Notes under the pieces: model-generated
What the model saw: the letters and a program-made list of their open reading frames with translations, nothing else
Database searches by the model: none
Told to the model about the DNA's origin: nothing
Shown: one piece after another, positions 1-12,870 of the stretch
Layout of the letters: every line of letters begins with the position of its first letter
Numbering within the stretch: position 1 is the first letter of the stretch
Translations under genes and position numbers: made by a program
Assembly (NCBI RefSeq): GCF_023055435.1
Contig: NW_025963835.1
Span: 2,046,001 to 2,110,000, forward strand
DNA: 64,000 nt
Direction of reading: 5' to 3'
From: Haliotis rufescens
Taxonomy: Eukaryota

Positions 1-2
1 GT

Positions 3-2085
3 CGCCTCTACATCATCGTGTGTGCATTATCGCCTCCACATCGTATGTGCATTATCGCCTCCACATCGTATGTGCATTATCGCCTCTACATCGTATGTGC
101 ATTATCCCGTCCACATCGTATGTGCATTATCGCCTCCACATCGTATGTGCATTATCGCCTCTACATCGTATGTGCATTACCGCCTCCACATCGTATGTGT
201 ATTATCGCCTCCACATCGTATGTGCATTATCGCCTTTCCATCGTGTGTGCATTATCGCCTCTACATCGTATGTGCATTTTCGCCTCCACATCGTATGCGC
301 ATTATCACCTTTACATCGTGTGTGTATTATCGCCTCCACATCGTGTGTGTATTACCGCCTCCACATCGTATGTGTATTATCGCCTCCACATCGTATGTGC
401 ATTATCGCCTTTCCATCGTATGTGCATTATCACTTCTACATCGTATGTGCATTATCGCCTCCACATCGTATGTGCATTATCGCCTCAACATCGTATGTGC
501 ATTATCGCCTCTACATCGTATGTGCATTATCGCCTTTACATCGTGTGTGTATTATCGCCTCCACATCGTATGTGCATTATCGCCTCTACATCGTATGTGC
601 ATTATCGCCTTTACATCGTATGTGCATTATCGCCTCCACATCGTATGTGCATTATCGCCTTTACATCGTATGTGCATTATCGCCTCCACATCGTATGTGC
701 ATTATCGCCTCTACATCGTATGTGCATTATCGCCTTTACATCGTGTGTATTATCGCCTCCACATCGTATGTGCATTATCGCCTCTACATCGTATGTGCAT
801 TATCGCCTCTACATCGTATGTGCATTATCCCGTCCACATCGTATGTGCATTATCGCCTCAACATCGTATGTGCATTATCGCCTCTACATCGTATGTGCAT
901 TATCGCCTTTACATCGTGTGTGTATTATCGCCTCCACATCGTATGTGCATTATCGCCTCTACATCGTATGTGCATTATCGCCTTTACATCGTATGTGCAT
1001 TATCGCCTCCACATCGTATGTGCATTATCGCCGCTACATCGTATGTGCATTATCGCCTCTACATCGTATGTGCATTACTGCCTTTACATCGTGTGTGTAT
1101 TATCGCCTCCACATCGTATGTGCATTATCGCCTCTACATCGTATGTGCATTATCGCCTTTACATCGTATGTGCATTATCGCCTCAACATCGTATGTGCAT
1201 TATCGACTCCACATCGTATGTGCATTATCGCCTCTACATCGTATGTGCATTATCGCCTTTACATCGTATGTGCATTATTGCCTCCACATCGTATGTGCAT
1301 TATCGCCTCCACATCGTGTGTGCATTATCGCCTTTACATCGTGTGTATTATCGCCTCCACATCGTATGTGCATTATCGCCTCTACATCGTATGTGCATTA
1401 TCGCCTTTACATCGTATGTGCATTATCGCCTCCACATCGTATGTGCATTATCGACTCTACATCGTATGTGCATTACCGCCTTTACATTGTGTGTGTATTA
1501 TCGCCACTACATGGTATGTGCATTATCGCCTCTACATCGTATGTGCATTATCGCCTTTACATCGTATGTGCATTATCGCCTCCACATCGTATGTGCATTA
1601 TCGACTCTACATCGTATGTGCATTACCGCCTTTACATCGTGTGTGTATTATCGCCACTACATAGTATGTGCATTATCGCCTTTACATCATGTGTGTATTA
1701 TCGCCTCTACATCATCGTATGTGCATCACCGCCTCTACATCAGTGTGTGTACATTATCACCTCTACATCATAAAGTGTGCATCAATCATAGCTTCTACCT
1801 CATTTTGAGTGCATCATCGCCTCTACATCATGGTGTGTGCATCAACACCTCTACTTCATTGCTGTGCACCATCGCATCTACATCAACGTGTATGCATCGT
1901 CGCCTCTGCCTTATTGTGTGTGCATCATCGCCTCCAGAACATCGTGTGTGCATCATCGCCTCTACATCATTGTGTGATTCGTCGTTTCTACATCATCGTA
2001 TGTGCATGATCGCCTCTGCGTCAGGGCGTGTGCATCGTCGTATCTACATCATTGTGTGTGCATCATACTCTACTCATCGTCACAT
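3..2085. repeat. 25-bp minisatellite (CGCCTYYACATCGTATGTGCATTAT), homogeneous to ~1710 and then decaying; probably continues left of the window
   Basis: Tandem 25-nt unit read directly from the sequence. It produces the repetitive ORFs in all three + frames. Confidence 0.97.
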
Positions 2086-2286
2086 ATGTGAATCTCTTCT
2101 GATTTGATTTCACGATTGCTGACGAAGTGTTTTGCGTACCAAAAATCGACGGTTTGCAAATTCGGGAACGCTATTTGTCATACTTTGCTCATGGATGTTG
2201 AACCCCGAGAGTCTCGGCTTGTAAATTCTTAGTGCGCTGACATCATGATTAGTTAAATTTCAAATGACCCGTTCATATCAATAGGA

Positions 2287-2457
2287 GGGGCGGAGGGGTA
2301 GTCTAGTGGTTAAAGTGTTCGCTCGTCACGCCGAAGACCCGGGGTCGATTCCCCACATGTGTTCAATATGTTAAGCCCATTTGTGGTATCCCCCCGCCGT
2401 AATATTGCTGGAATATTGCTAAAAGCGGCGTAAAACCATACTCACTCACCCACTCAC
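2287..2457 (+). mobile_element. tRNA(Asp)-like-headed SINE (family A) with (ACTC)n tail
   Basis: A box TAGTCTAGTGG, GTCACG anticodon-arm remnant, B box GGTCGATTCC, 3' end GCTGGAATATTGCTAAAAGCGGCGTAAAAC-(ACTC)n. A near-identical copy starts at 4573. Confidence 0.85.
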
Positions 2458-2859
2458 AATAGGAATATATTTGTTAAAACGTGCCATAGTAAAAACATAC
2501 TTGTATTTGTTCGCATATAAATTTGGATAAGTATTCATGTTAGTTACATGCCCATGATCTTATATTTGTCGCCATGGGCAACTCAATGGTCGGTTTGTTC
2601 ATAATGTCAATCACAGGTTGTCTTTCCAGACTTGATTGTTTCCTGGCCACTGTGACGTATCTTGACCATTGTCGACGGTGGCTTTGGCCAACAAACAAAC
2701 CAACCAACAAACAATGGAGATATGTTTCATCTGAAAAGCTGGTGGTTGTGTCATCCAAATTATTGTTAAATCTTCAATATTACTGGTAAAAGTCAGCCAG
2801 AACTGTGAAACATTCATCTCATCGAGCTTGTGGAAATATACGAAAGAGCTGACGAACTT

Positions 2860-2950
2860 GATTCCCTTTTCATGATTTTATTCAAGGCTGGTAGTTCTTG
2901 TGAATCGTTTTGCGTTTCCAGGTGCAGCATAAGACGACAAAGACAGTCAT
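2860..2950 (-). other. Putative non-coding terminal (3'UTR) exon of the Kazal gene, with polyA signal
   Basis: Minus-strand acceptor tctactgttgatctttcag immediately before 2950, and AATAAA at 2882-2877. The last coding exon ends TAG|gtgag, so a downstream exon is expected. Confidence 0.5.
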
Positions 2951-3276
2951 CTGAAAGATCAACAGTAGAATTATGTTTCTGCTAGGATTTCATACGTTTG
3001 AACATACCCTTGTCGTTTTTCTTGGAGAGGTGTCTGCACTAGGTGCTCTCATCGATTATCAACTACGCAGCCACAGAACAACGGTTGGTATAAGTTTACG
3101 TCCACTGGAACCCGTTTCGGCAGAGAATCGAGACGGAGAGGAGAATGGCATCTAAATTTTTAAATTGAACGGTGATCATTTAACCACGTATCAGAGGCTT
3201 TCAGCATGCCTGTCAGTGGTTTGGGGCACTGATTTTTAGAAGTGGCATGTAATTCTTCCTTACCCATAGGGACAGT

Positions 3277-3402
3277 ATGGAATCCTGGAAGGGTCATTGT
3301 CGCGTGGTCGCGTGGTCGCATTGTCGCATAACAAAGACAAGCAAAAAGTGTCACAATTAACAAAAATGCGATAACGCGACAAAGTTCCTTCTAGGCTTCC
3401 AT
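3277..3402. mobile_element. Short MITE-like element with internal GTCGCG repeats
   Basis: TIRs ATGGAATCCTGGAAGG / CCTTCTAGGCTTCCAT (14/16 match) around GTCGCGTG/CGCGAC repeats. Confidence 0.5.
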
Positions 3403-4194
3403 TGGTGAGTAATAACCGAGTTCATAAACATCGCAATGTGCACCAGTGCAAACATTGCTTCACGCGCACCCGTCTAATGTTAACGTCATCCGGACGGCAT
3501 TGGTGGTGTCATCAAAACTTGTTGTGACGTAAGAGAGGAATGACGTCATACTAGATACGACGATTTTTATGAACTCGGATATTTCTTACCCTGTGTGTAG
3601 TAAATTCCTACATACTGTGTATCAAGCTCCTTCCCAGCGCGTGACACCTTCGTTACACTCTCGGTAACATCGCTGCCACCAGTGTGGGCGCGGCCATTAC
3701 AAGAATCCCAAGAAATTTGCCCTCTAACCCCAAATGTAGTAACGTTCATACTTTTGTTTATGTCTTTTGGAATGCCAACATAGTTCATTTTGAAAAGGTT
3801 TACAACTGACCATGTTTTCAAGATGAATTTACTTTGTTGTTTGTATAAACAGATTGGTTCGAGATTACAGACTTAAGGAAAATCAACCAACTTCTCCCTT
3901 ACATTCTTACTATATAAATTACATGATAGTTGTGATGAAATAGAAAATCAAATTGACGAGCAAGGAAAGTAACTTAGCAGCGGTAAGTGTATTCGGCGTC
4001 ACGACAGTCGTCACTTTTTTTGTAAACATAACGGTCATTCGGTTGTGAGTTCAACTCCAAGCATGGTTGTGGTCATCTATCACGGTTGGGAGTTTTGACT
4101 GGTGGCGGCGATAGTATCAGAGATCCGCGAACGGGATATCGCTGAGTAACTTAACTGTGTATGTGTTCTCAGTATGTGCTAGGTCTGAACTCAC

Positions 4195-7100
4195 CTAGCT
4201 CGAACATGCACCAAAATCAGCTACGTGGAGATCACGGTGGGTACACTTTGTCTTCTCGTATTCGCACCTACAACATAGATTCAGTGATGGAGATTCATTC
4301 AGGAACCAGATCCAAGCAAGTGTGGCGGTAACAGTACCTGGCTGGCTGTATTAAGCATATATTCGAATCAGAATTTCAAACATCTACGATCCACAAGTAT
4401 TACTAAAGTAAGGATGATGCTGTGTTGATTTTAGCTCAGACAAAAACTCACAGTACGTGTTTACAACGATAGTGGACAATATCTATCAGGGCAGCCAGCC
4501 AGACAATCACTGATACCAAGACGTCCATGCTGTCAACGCTACACAACCACATTACACACTTTAACCACCCAAGGGCGGTCGGGTAGCCTAGTGGTTAAAG
4601 CGTTCGCTTGTCACGCCGAAGACCCGGGTTCGATTCCCGACATGGGTACAATGTGTGAAGCCCATTTCTGGTGTCCCCCGCCGTGATATTGCTGGAATAT
4701 TGCTAAAAGCGGTGTAAAACCATACTCACTTTAACCACCAAATCTTCTTCATATTGGCTGCATCTCAAAGAACCAACGCAGTGGATATGAATGGGTAATG
4801 GTCATTAAATGATCTGCCTTTATTTACTATATATGTAAAGAACAGTTATCTGATATTGGTAGAGAAGGTGGGGTCTCTTTAAAATACTGGGTATAACATT
4901 GTGCCTCAGGTTTTTAAAAGGAATCGTAGGCTAACAATTAGCATTTTCTGCCCAAATGTTAAACCTTTAATTTCTTACATTAGCCTGTATCCTACACGCA
5001 GGACAAACCATGAAAGCAATGCCATGGGATCAAGAAATGAATCGGTTTGTCTATCTTGATACAAATTACTCACAAATTGGCGTAGGTCTTGCCGTCAGTT
5101 GCACACAGAGTCTCGGTCTCGTTGGGGCACTTCTCGTGAGACAACTCGATGCAGAAGTAGTCGAGGACTGCCTCCTCTCCACTTAAACCTGCTCCACCCG
5201 TTGTTGGGCGTTTGTCGCAGGAACCACGAAAAGCGATGTCAATTTTTTTCCCACCGCATCGGACTTTAGTGAAAGCACACCTGCATGAAACGATGATTTA
5301 GTTCTGAGCCATTTTGGATGTTACAGACAATCGTCATCACTTCGCGCATGAAATACCGTAAGGGATATTCTCGCGAAAGCCAGAATTTAATGCCTCACTC
5401 AGCAAATAGTCAAGCTGTATGACGGCGGTCTGTAAATAATCGAGTCTGACCAGACAGTGATTGACATCATGAGCATCGATCCACGCAATTGTGATACGAT
5501 TGCGTGATCAACCATGTCAGTGAGCCTGACCACCCGATCCTTTTAGTCGCCTCTTACGACAAGCATAGTCGGCTTTTACCGCAAGCTTGGCTTGCTGAAG
5601 ACTTATTCTAAGTCGGATCTTCACGGGTCTAATTATTCAGTGAATGAATGTTCTTCTAATTCCTGCAAATAATCCATTGCACGTTCATCTTTTTATATCT
5701 ATTTGATTTTGATAAGATCTGTCTGAGGTTGTCATTTCTTATGGAGTCACGTATGGTACCCAATTCACTGAAATTGGATGTGCAGAGTTGCGCCCCTTAG
5801 TCATCCCAGAATTCTATGATCCTGAGTAAGAATCCCGGTTCGCTCTGATTGTATTTCTAGGTTTGTCAGTATCATGGCCGTGCTCGTATGTTTCACAAAA
5901 GTGATGATAAACAAAAACATACATCGTTTTTCTTCCCACATCAAGCTAAAATGACTGAAATACATTTCCAAGCGGCGTTTGACCAAATGCAATCATTTTC
6001 TTTTGGTTGCTATTGAGAAGTGTTGCCTCACGTTGTCATGTGCTATAGTTTCGAGATTTAACGCTGACTCACAGGTTCCTGTAAGTAACGCCATCAGTAC
6101 CACATTCTTGGTGTTCACGCTCATGGTCACAGTTCCTGTACTGGTAGCGACGACAGGCGAAGCTGCCAAGGAAGTCCCCCAGCTGAGAGGAACATACTGA
6201 AAAACAGTGAGAATCACAATTTAACTGAGGCTGGGCAAGATTTGCCTTAATTGTACTGATAGACGTGAAATGAACATATTGAGATGGCTTCAGCTGCAAT
6301 CATAGATCGACTAAAGGGCTCACTTAAATAGCCCCAGAGGATGATGTAACCATGTTTCACAATAACCTCAAAGACGACCTTGACCTACGATTGACACGAA
6401 ACCAACATTTGATGTGGTAGGTTTTACAAATATACATGAAAATATAAAGTTCCATGTCTGTAGAGGGAAGTATGCCTCAGACACTGTCAATGATAAAACA
6501 AAGTTTAACAAGTACTGTAATGGTGACCTTGACCTTTGACTATACTTAACCAATAATTTCTAAAAAACGACCCCATACTAGAGAAGGTACATACCAAATG
6601 TAATGATAAATGCATGAATACGTTTTGAGAAAGTGTAATTACATACATATAGTGAGTTTTTATCTGTCTGGTGACGTTGACCTTGACCTTTTATATGGCA
6701 TGTGCCAAAGAACTAGATACCATGATACTCGTCACAATGGAGTGCAGATTTGGTGGATCAGATGTATGTCCATCGCCCCACGAATTCAATCGAAAGTGTC
6801 AAAGACAGCCATGTGTATTTAGCGGGACAGGTTGGAATGGAACCTCGCTGTGTCTCTATATGAGTATTTCTATGACCTCAAAAGGACAACCTGTGTTATG
6901 TAAAGGTTCTACACGTGTCTCTTATCACCTTATGTGTACAATCCCAAGCAGCAGTCTCGATCTAGGTTATCTGGATATAGAATCCATTAACTATCTTTGC
7001 GGATACATTTTGAAGTTAGAAAATTAATGTTAAATAAACTTTTATGTTGAAGTTTAAGGAATTACCGGTGATGTGATTGGTTTATTTGCTGCTCACATGA

Positions 7101-8013
7101 CCCGTTCATTTTTCAACAAACTTCAAAAAGTGACGTTTACAAAGTATAAACTTCGTCTTTTGACGTTTACATGATTTGTGACCGGAACTACTTTTCATGA
7201 CGTTTACATGATTTGTGACCGGAACTACTTTTCATGACGTTTACATGATTTGTGACCGGAACTACTTTTCATGGGGAATCACCGAGTTGAAAATATCTCT
7301 ATTAACTCCCCTGGTTGTCATGTCTTAAATACCTACAAGGATTGTTGTAAGAACGACATTTTTAATTTTACTACCTGCCAATTTACATGGTGACATAAGC
7401 GCTACATGAAATGCACCTTTGGCATTCAATGACAAACGTTTGAAGGTAAATTGGCTTATAATTTACTTGGATGCTTCAGTGGTACATATGTCTTATTTAT
7501 GTCAGTTAAGAAAAATATAATAATTGTTCCTCGTCACTATTTTCAAAACTGGCAGAATAGGATTCATGTTTTGTATTTCTCTAATAACTTACACATGTAT
7601 AAAAGTAAGCCTCTTGACACGTGACCTCTGTTGGTTGACGTTTAAGAGTCTCCGCTACGAATGTGAATTGCATGGAGTGTTGAACAAAAAGTCGGAGCCA
7701 AGAGCAAAAACGAAAGTTAACAGGGCATGGGTAATTTAGGCGCAGGTTTGATCATGCAAAGCAAGGCATTTATTTTAGCAAGCTTGCGTAAGTAGGTGGC
7801 TACCCATCAGTACGGTAGAAGAGTGGCACGGGGCGCGAGTGGGCGGTTCGAATCCCCATTCAGAGCATACGCATAGCATTACAAACACGTTAACCGTCAA
7901 CGACCCCCATCACTTGTGGCTTTCGTCCCACATCAAGCTGAAGTGCTGTTCAAACCCAACTCACTAACTCACTTACCAGCTACGAGGGCGGCAATGACAA
8001 TAGCACGAAGCAT
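4195..8013 (-). CDS. Secreted two-domain Kazal-type (serine protease inhibitor / follistatin-like) protein, 146 aa, 4 coding exons
   Basis: Exons 8013-7977, 6196-6073, 5280-5074 and 4267-4195, all GT-AG and phase-compatible (441 nt). Translation: MLRAIVIAALVAVCSSQLGDFLGSFACRRYQYRNCDHEREHQECGTDGVTYRNLCAFTKVRCGGKKIDIAFRGSCDKRPTTGGAGLSGEEAVLDYFCIELSHEKCPNETETLCATDGKTYANLCEYEKTKCTHRDLHVADFGACSS*. It has a signal peptide and two 6-Cys Kazal motifs (CxTDGxTYxNxC). Confidence 0.92.
4573..4730 (+). mobile_element. tRNA(Asp)-like SINE (family A) with target-site duplication
   Basis: A/B boxes TAGCCTAGTGG and GGTTCGATTCC. Flanked by a ~16-bp TSD (CACTTTAACCACCCAA / CACTTTAACCACCAAA). Confidence 0.88.
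5390..5629 (-). mobile_element. SINE-like repeat family B (GACCCGTGAAGATCC...GTCGTAAGAGGCGACTAA core)
   Basis: Reverse complement of the copies at 12293 and 18104. Confidence 0.85.
5775..5985 (+). mobile_element. Degenerate SINE family C (tRNA-Leu-like head)
   Basis: GTGCAGAGTTGCG...AATCCCGGTTCGC...TCCCACATCAAGCT matches the copy at 11470-11718. Confidence 0.6.
7161..7273. repeat. Three perfect tandem copies of a 37-bp unit
   Basis: TGACGTTTACATGATTTGTGACCGGAACTACTTTTCA x3. Confidence 0.95.
7797..7972 (+). mobile_element. Degenerate SINE with family C-like 3' end, abutting the Kazal exon-1 donor
   Basis: B box GGTTCGAATCC, CATCACTT..GGCTTTC.TCCCACATCAAGCTGA, and tail AAACCCAACTCACTAACTCAC. 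Confidence 0.6.
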
Positions 8014-8357
8014 AGTGGATGGACGAGTCGATCAAAGGTAAAGGAAGAGAAAACGTGTCAAAGGGTTATAAAAGAAGTTCGGATATAGGTGCGGCGGTTT
8101 CTGTGTATTGTGGGTCGAGCTGATTGGTTCCCTGTAGGAAACACTTGTTATACATACGTACATGACCCTTTGGAACTATAAAACGTAGGTCCTTATATAA
8201 GTGGTATATTGCCATGTTTTGTTAAATATGTAAGTCTTAACACATTAAAGGTGGTAGCTGTGGTGGAATATATTCTCAGACATCCATTAGTGGTCACACT
8301 CCAGTCGCACAAAAGGACGTAACACTAATATAATAGGGACCAATCATTTGATACTGT

Positions 8358-8634
8358 ATTTGTGTGTGCGTGCGTGTGTACTTGCTTGCGTTCTTGTGCG
8401 TGCTGGCGTCTTTGTTTGTGTGTGTGTGTGTTTGTGTGTATGTGCGTGTTTGTGTGTGTGCGCGCGTGTGCGTGTGTGTGTGTGTTTGTTCGCGCATGTG
8501 TGTGTGTGCTTGCATCTGTATATGTGTGCTGAGTGCGTCTCTGTGCGTGTTTGTGTGTGTGTGTGTGTGCGTGCGTGCGCGCGCGTGTGTGTGTGTGCTT
8601 GCATCTGTATATGTGTGCGTGCATGCGTCTCTGT

Positions 8635-8685
<51 letters not shown>

Positions 8686-8706
8686 CGCGCGTGTGTGTGT
8701 ATGTAT
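8358..8706. repeat. Compound (GT)n/(GC)n microsatellite
   Basis: Read directly from the sequence. Confidence 0.97.
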
Positions 8707-10789
8707 GTTTCAGTTTGGAACCGAGCATTTGTTAGGTAACTGCTTCAAAATATGCAGCACAATAAAATACAAGTATGTTCAATGATCTTGAACGTGACGA
8801 TAAACCACATTTCACCACACCAATCATAACTTGATATAATTTATCCACGCTGTGCATATTATAATAATATATCTCATATATACCGAGAGAGAGGTATCGT
8901 CTCAGACATACTAGCAGCCAATTATACCTTGAAGAGGTGTGTGATGAAGGAACGATATTTTCATTAAATAGCACTGACGTCTACAGTGGACATATAGAAG
9001 TTACCACTCCAATAGATATGTGATACTGTGAAATATGCTCATTTAGGAATCTTCTCCACAGTGCACACTTGAAATGTATAAAATGTAGGAATGTGTCCAT
9101 GCAGTGGGCTGTGTAAGAATGAGGCAATGACGTGGATACGTGTAACTGTTACAATGTATGTATAGCGCCATACAGTGGACACTTGAGCTGTGTAAGGTGT
9201 AAGAATGAGGCAATGCCGTGGACACATGTAACTGTTACGATGTACGAGTGACCCTACATACATATGGTTAAAAAAAGTCAAAAAAGGGAATTGCATCTGA
9301 CACAAAGTTTGTCACTGATGCGTTAAAATTGGGGCCCAGTAACGTTTTGATAACGTTTGTAATCTTGGGGTCAAATCCAATTTTCAAGTGTAAGCTTTCT
9401 TTTGACCAGCATTTTACTTCGTCTGTTTACTTCCCAACATTGTTGAGTTCGTTTCGTGGTTCTTTTTAACATAATTTTTTTATCTTGTTTTATAACAGAT
9501 TTACAACAATAAAAATATCAGATACTTCTCACTGTCCCACGATTTGCGAACTTTCAGAGAGTTTAAATACATCTTATTGTTGAGTCTTTTTTTCGTGTTC
9601 GGCTATCTAGGGGTTGGGAGGGGGTGAAGATACGCGGATGGCCCAGTCGTCTAAGGCTCTGCAATTCTATGTGCAGAGTTGCGTTCCTTAGACGAACCAG
9701 AAACAAAGTGGTACATGTCTAAGACCTGCATCATTTCGGGATTTCCTCCGACGTCAAGCTGATATAACACATGTTATAAGTGTTTTTACGTTAATACTTC
9801 TAAAAACGCGAAATCAATATTAAAGTCAATTCTTGTAAATAAATACGTCAACAATAATAAGTTCACAGACCATTTTTGCATCTGATCATTCGTGATTTAA
9901 GTATTTAACACAAAAACATGTAGACAACGATACCGTGGCAATCAGTGATATCGTTCAGAGCAATAATGAAACACGTCACATGAAAGGAGGCCGTGAGCGT
10001 GGTCTTATGTTTAGTGGAAACATAAATGCAAACAAATTGATAGATAAGCCAATAAAATGTCATGGAATCACTTGCAGTTTATGCATATATCTGTGTGTTG
10101 TGTTCAACCAATATGATAAAACGACAAGACCCTTTCCATGTTCTTAAGAAATATCTGTTAACGGCAGAGTCGATTGTACGATTCCGACTATATCATGAGC
10201 ATGTGTAGATGAACTACTATCAAATAGTGATGATACCAGGTGCTCGCTAAAAAATGAGCGTATCCTGCCCCACCGGTCGCGCCCGCTACAAACGCACGCA
10301 ATGGCAAGTCAATTGTTCACCGTAATAAATAATAAAAGATTATTAAACATCTCATCTCCTTTATTCAATACCGTTTAGAGTTTGAGAAGTTAGATGTAGT
10401 TTTTTTAACTATTTATGTTTCACATAATACATGACGACAGTTGCGTGATAATTATATATGACATTTCTTAACAGGTTAATCTCCGAAATGACGGTCACGC
10501 TTGATTTCAAGGAGCAAAATATAATGTCTATGTTGTGTTACTGTGTTGTGTGACCTATGTTTTTTTCAATGGGACCTCATGCGTGTGGGAAAGTCTAACA
10601 TAATTGATGTGTATTAAAGCATAGATAAGCGAGTTGGTGTAAGACATTAATTTACCTATCACTAATTCTGTCACTTACTGCGACCGACCACGTGACGCTA
10701 AAGGTCGCACTGATCGGACTGTCACATGAGGCCAAAATCAGGAATTTGTCATAACAGATGGTGTCCTTAGAATGGGACACCGTCTGTCG

Positions 10790-11048
10790 TGAGTGGGTGT
10801 GTGGGTTTACGCCGCTTTTAGGACTTTTCTTTGTTTGTTTGTTTGTTTGTTTTCTGTTTAACGCCGTTCTCAGCAATATTCCAGCTATATGACGGCGGTC
10901 TGTAAAAAAGCGAGTCTGGACCAGACAATCCAGTGATTGATATCATGAGCATCGATCCACGCAATTGGGATGGATGACATGCATCAACCAAGTCAGCGAG
11001 CTCACACATCATACCCACGAGGAAATCGTATCTGGATCTTCGGCGTGA
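10790..11048 (-). mobile_element. SINE family B copy (internally deleted) next to a second SINE 3' tail
   Basis: TTTAACGCCG..CTCAGCAATATTCCAGCTATATGACGGCGGTCTGT...CCAAGTCAGCGAG, plus GAGTGGGTGTGTGGGTTTACGCCGCTTTTAG. Confidence 0.75.
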
Positions 11049-11469
11049 CGAGCGAGTGATTTCACCACTTGGCAACCCGACTGCCCCGTTTTATGAACGA
11101 GTTACTGTTCAATAGATATGTATAGAATACAATTCATACCCACGTCAACATATCAACACGTCGTACAGAGAAATAATAGCGCTTCACCATGTTGTCGACT
11201 CGTTTATTCCGAGTGGTCTTGTTGATCTCTGCTTTCGTATTATCCCATAAAACACTTTACATAAAATCTCCTGTTGAATGTTGTAGAGTCTCTTTAAAAC
11301 TTTAGGGTCATTTCCAACTGTCGGACACAGGGCGGGGTCCATCCTATGCCCCCTTCGATTGCTGCGTTGGGAGCGTACTTGAATAGTCCAATGAAAAAAA
11401 GCATGGCTCTGTTTTGAATAGCGTTAACAGCTGTCAGTCTGTTGTTTATTATATTGCAATACATCTTGA

Positions 11470-11718
11470 AGTGAGTGAGTTGGGTTTAACGCCGCTTTTA
11501 ACATTATTTCAGTTATATTACGGCGTGTCAGCTTAATGTGGGAGGAAAGCCCGAAGTGATGCAGGTCTCAGACGTTTACCACTTCGGTGAAACAGACATG
11601 GTGCTGACAAACCTAGAAACATATTCGGGGCGAACCGGGATTCGAACCCACAATCCAAGGGACGCAACTCTGCACAGCGAATCACGGCGCCTTAGACGAC
11701 TGGGCCTACCGTGCCCCC
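11470..11718 (-). mobile_element. Full-length SINE family C (tRNA-Leu-like head, ACTC tail)
   Basis: Minus strand reads GGCCCAGTCGTCTAAGGCGCC...GTGGGTTCGAATCCC (Leu-type D-arm and T-arm) and ends GCGGCGTTAAACCCAACTCACTCAC. Confidence 0.8.
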
Positions 11719-12292
11719 TAATACATCTTGTAAGTCCAACTAGTAAACGTTAACCTTCTGTAAGACAGAGGGTCATGTAGGTTATCTGTTGAAGGTTTAG
11801 GTTTCCATTGTGCGTGCGTGTGTGTGTGTGTGTGTGTGTGTGTAGGTAGGGTTGCAACAAAAACTATCTTTTAACGTCCTTTGGTAAGACGCGGCCGGGC
11901 AAAGAACTCCTGGCCTTCTCTCCGGGCGGACGCTCAACCACCAGATCACGAATGCGGTTTACCAATTTAAAGGTTCAAGTCAAAGAAATGCGCCGTTGTC
12001 AAACCTTGTAGCCCAATGGAAGCACAACACCAGTACTGAGTTTCGTAATGGGGGCAACGGACTCGTTTAGTCAGACAAGGTGAAGATAACAGTACAAGAT
12101 TAATCTGATCTCGTAAACTTTCTCCTCATGTCTGAGTCCGATTAGTTGTTTACAGTAACATCCATTTTGCCTGAGCGATTTGGCTACAGAGATACAACCA
12201 ACCTTCCTCTATAATGAAGCTGCTATATCTAAAATAATGTTCAAAGCGGCTTTTAAACCATATCAAACCTCCGTATTCTAACCAACCCATGC

Positions 12293-12555
12293 GACCCCTG
12301 AAGATCCGGGGTAGAACACATCTTCAGCAACCCATGCTTGCCATAAAAGACGACGATGCTTGTCGTAAGAGGCGACTAACGGGATCGGGTGGTCAGGCTC
12401 GCTGACTTGGTTGATGCATGCCACCATATCCCAATTGCGTGGTTCGATGCTCATGATATCAAACACTGTATTGTCTGGTCCAGACTCGCTCATTTACAGA
12501 CCGGCGTCATATAGCTGAATATTGCTGGGTGCGGCGTTAAACAACAAACAAACCA
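12293..12555 (+). mobile_element. SINE-like family B, full length, (AAAC)n tail
   Basis: High similarity to the copies at 5390, 17130, 18104, 43858 and 52075. Confidence 0.85.
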
Positions 12556-12870
12556 TACCAGATCGTGTGTTGTCAGATATAATCATGAATGAGTTCTCTG
12601 TTTAACCTTAGTTCATAATCGGGGACAAATAGCGGTCTCTGACACCTGAAGTACGCAACTCAGTAGAAGATACTATGGTACCTCAGACAACAGTGACACA
12701 CGTGCTCAGATAACAAGGTGTCGTATGTAGTGTGACTTGCGCTTTACACTCGTATTTCTGTGGTTTGTAATCAAATCGTGACTGTGGGATAGGCCGAGAT
12801 CTGTGTCATGTGTACCTAGCCAGGTGACCAAGGACATAACTGGAACATGTCTCATTCATAATGCATGTTT

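Noticed and set aside
18-2107. 548-695-aa ORFs in three frames
   Set aside because: Translation of a stop-free 25-bp minisatellite.
3567-3821. 84-aa minus-strand ORF containing a splice donor
   Set aside because: No recognisable domain or partner exon; it lies in the Kazal gene's putative 3'UTR intron.
4573-4650. tRNA-Asp gene
   Set aside because: No full cloverleaf. It continues into a SINE body with tail and TSD.
8294-8785. HT/CV-rich ORFs
   Set aside because: (GT)n microsatellite.
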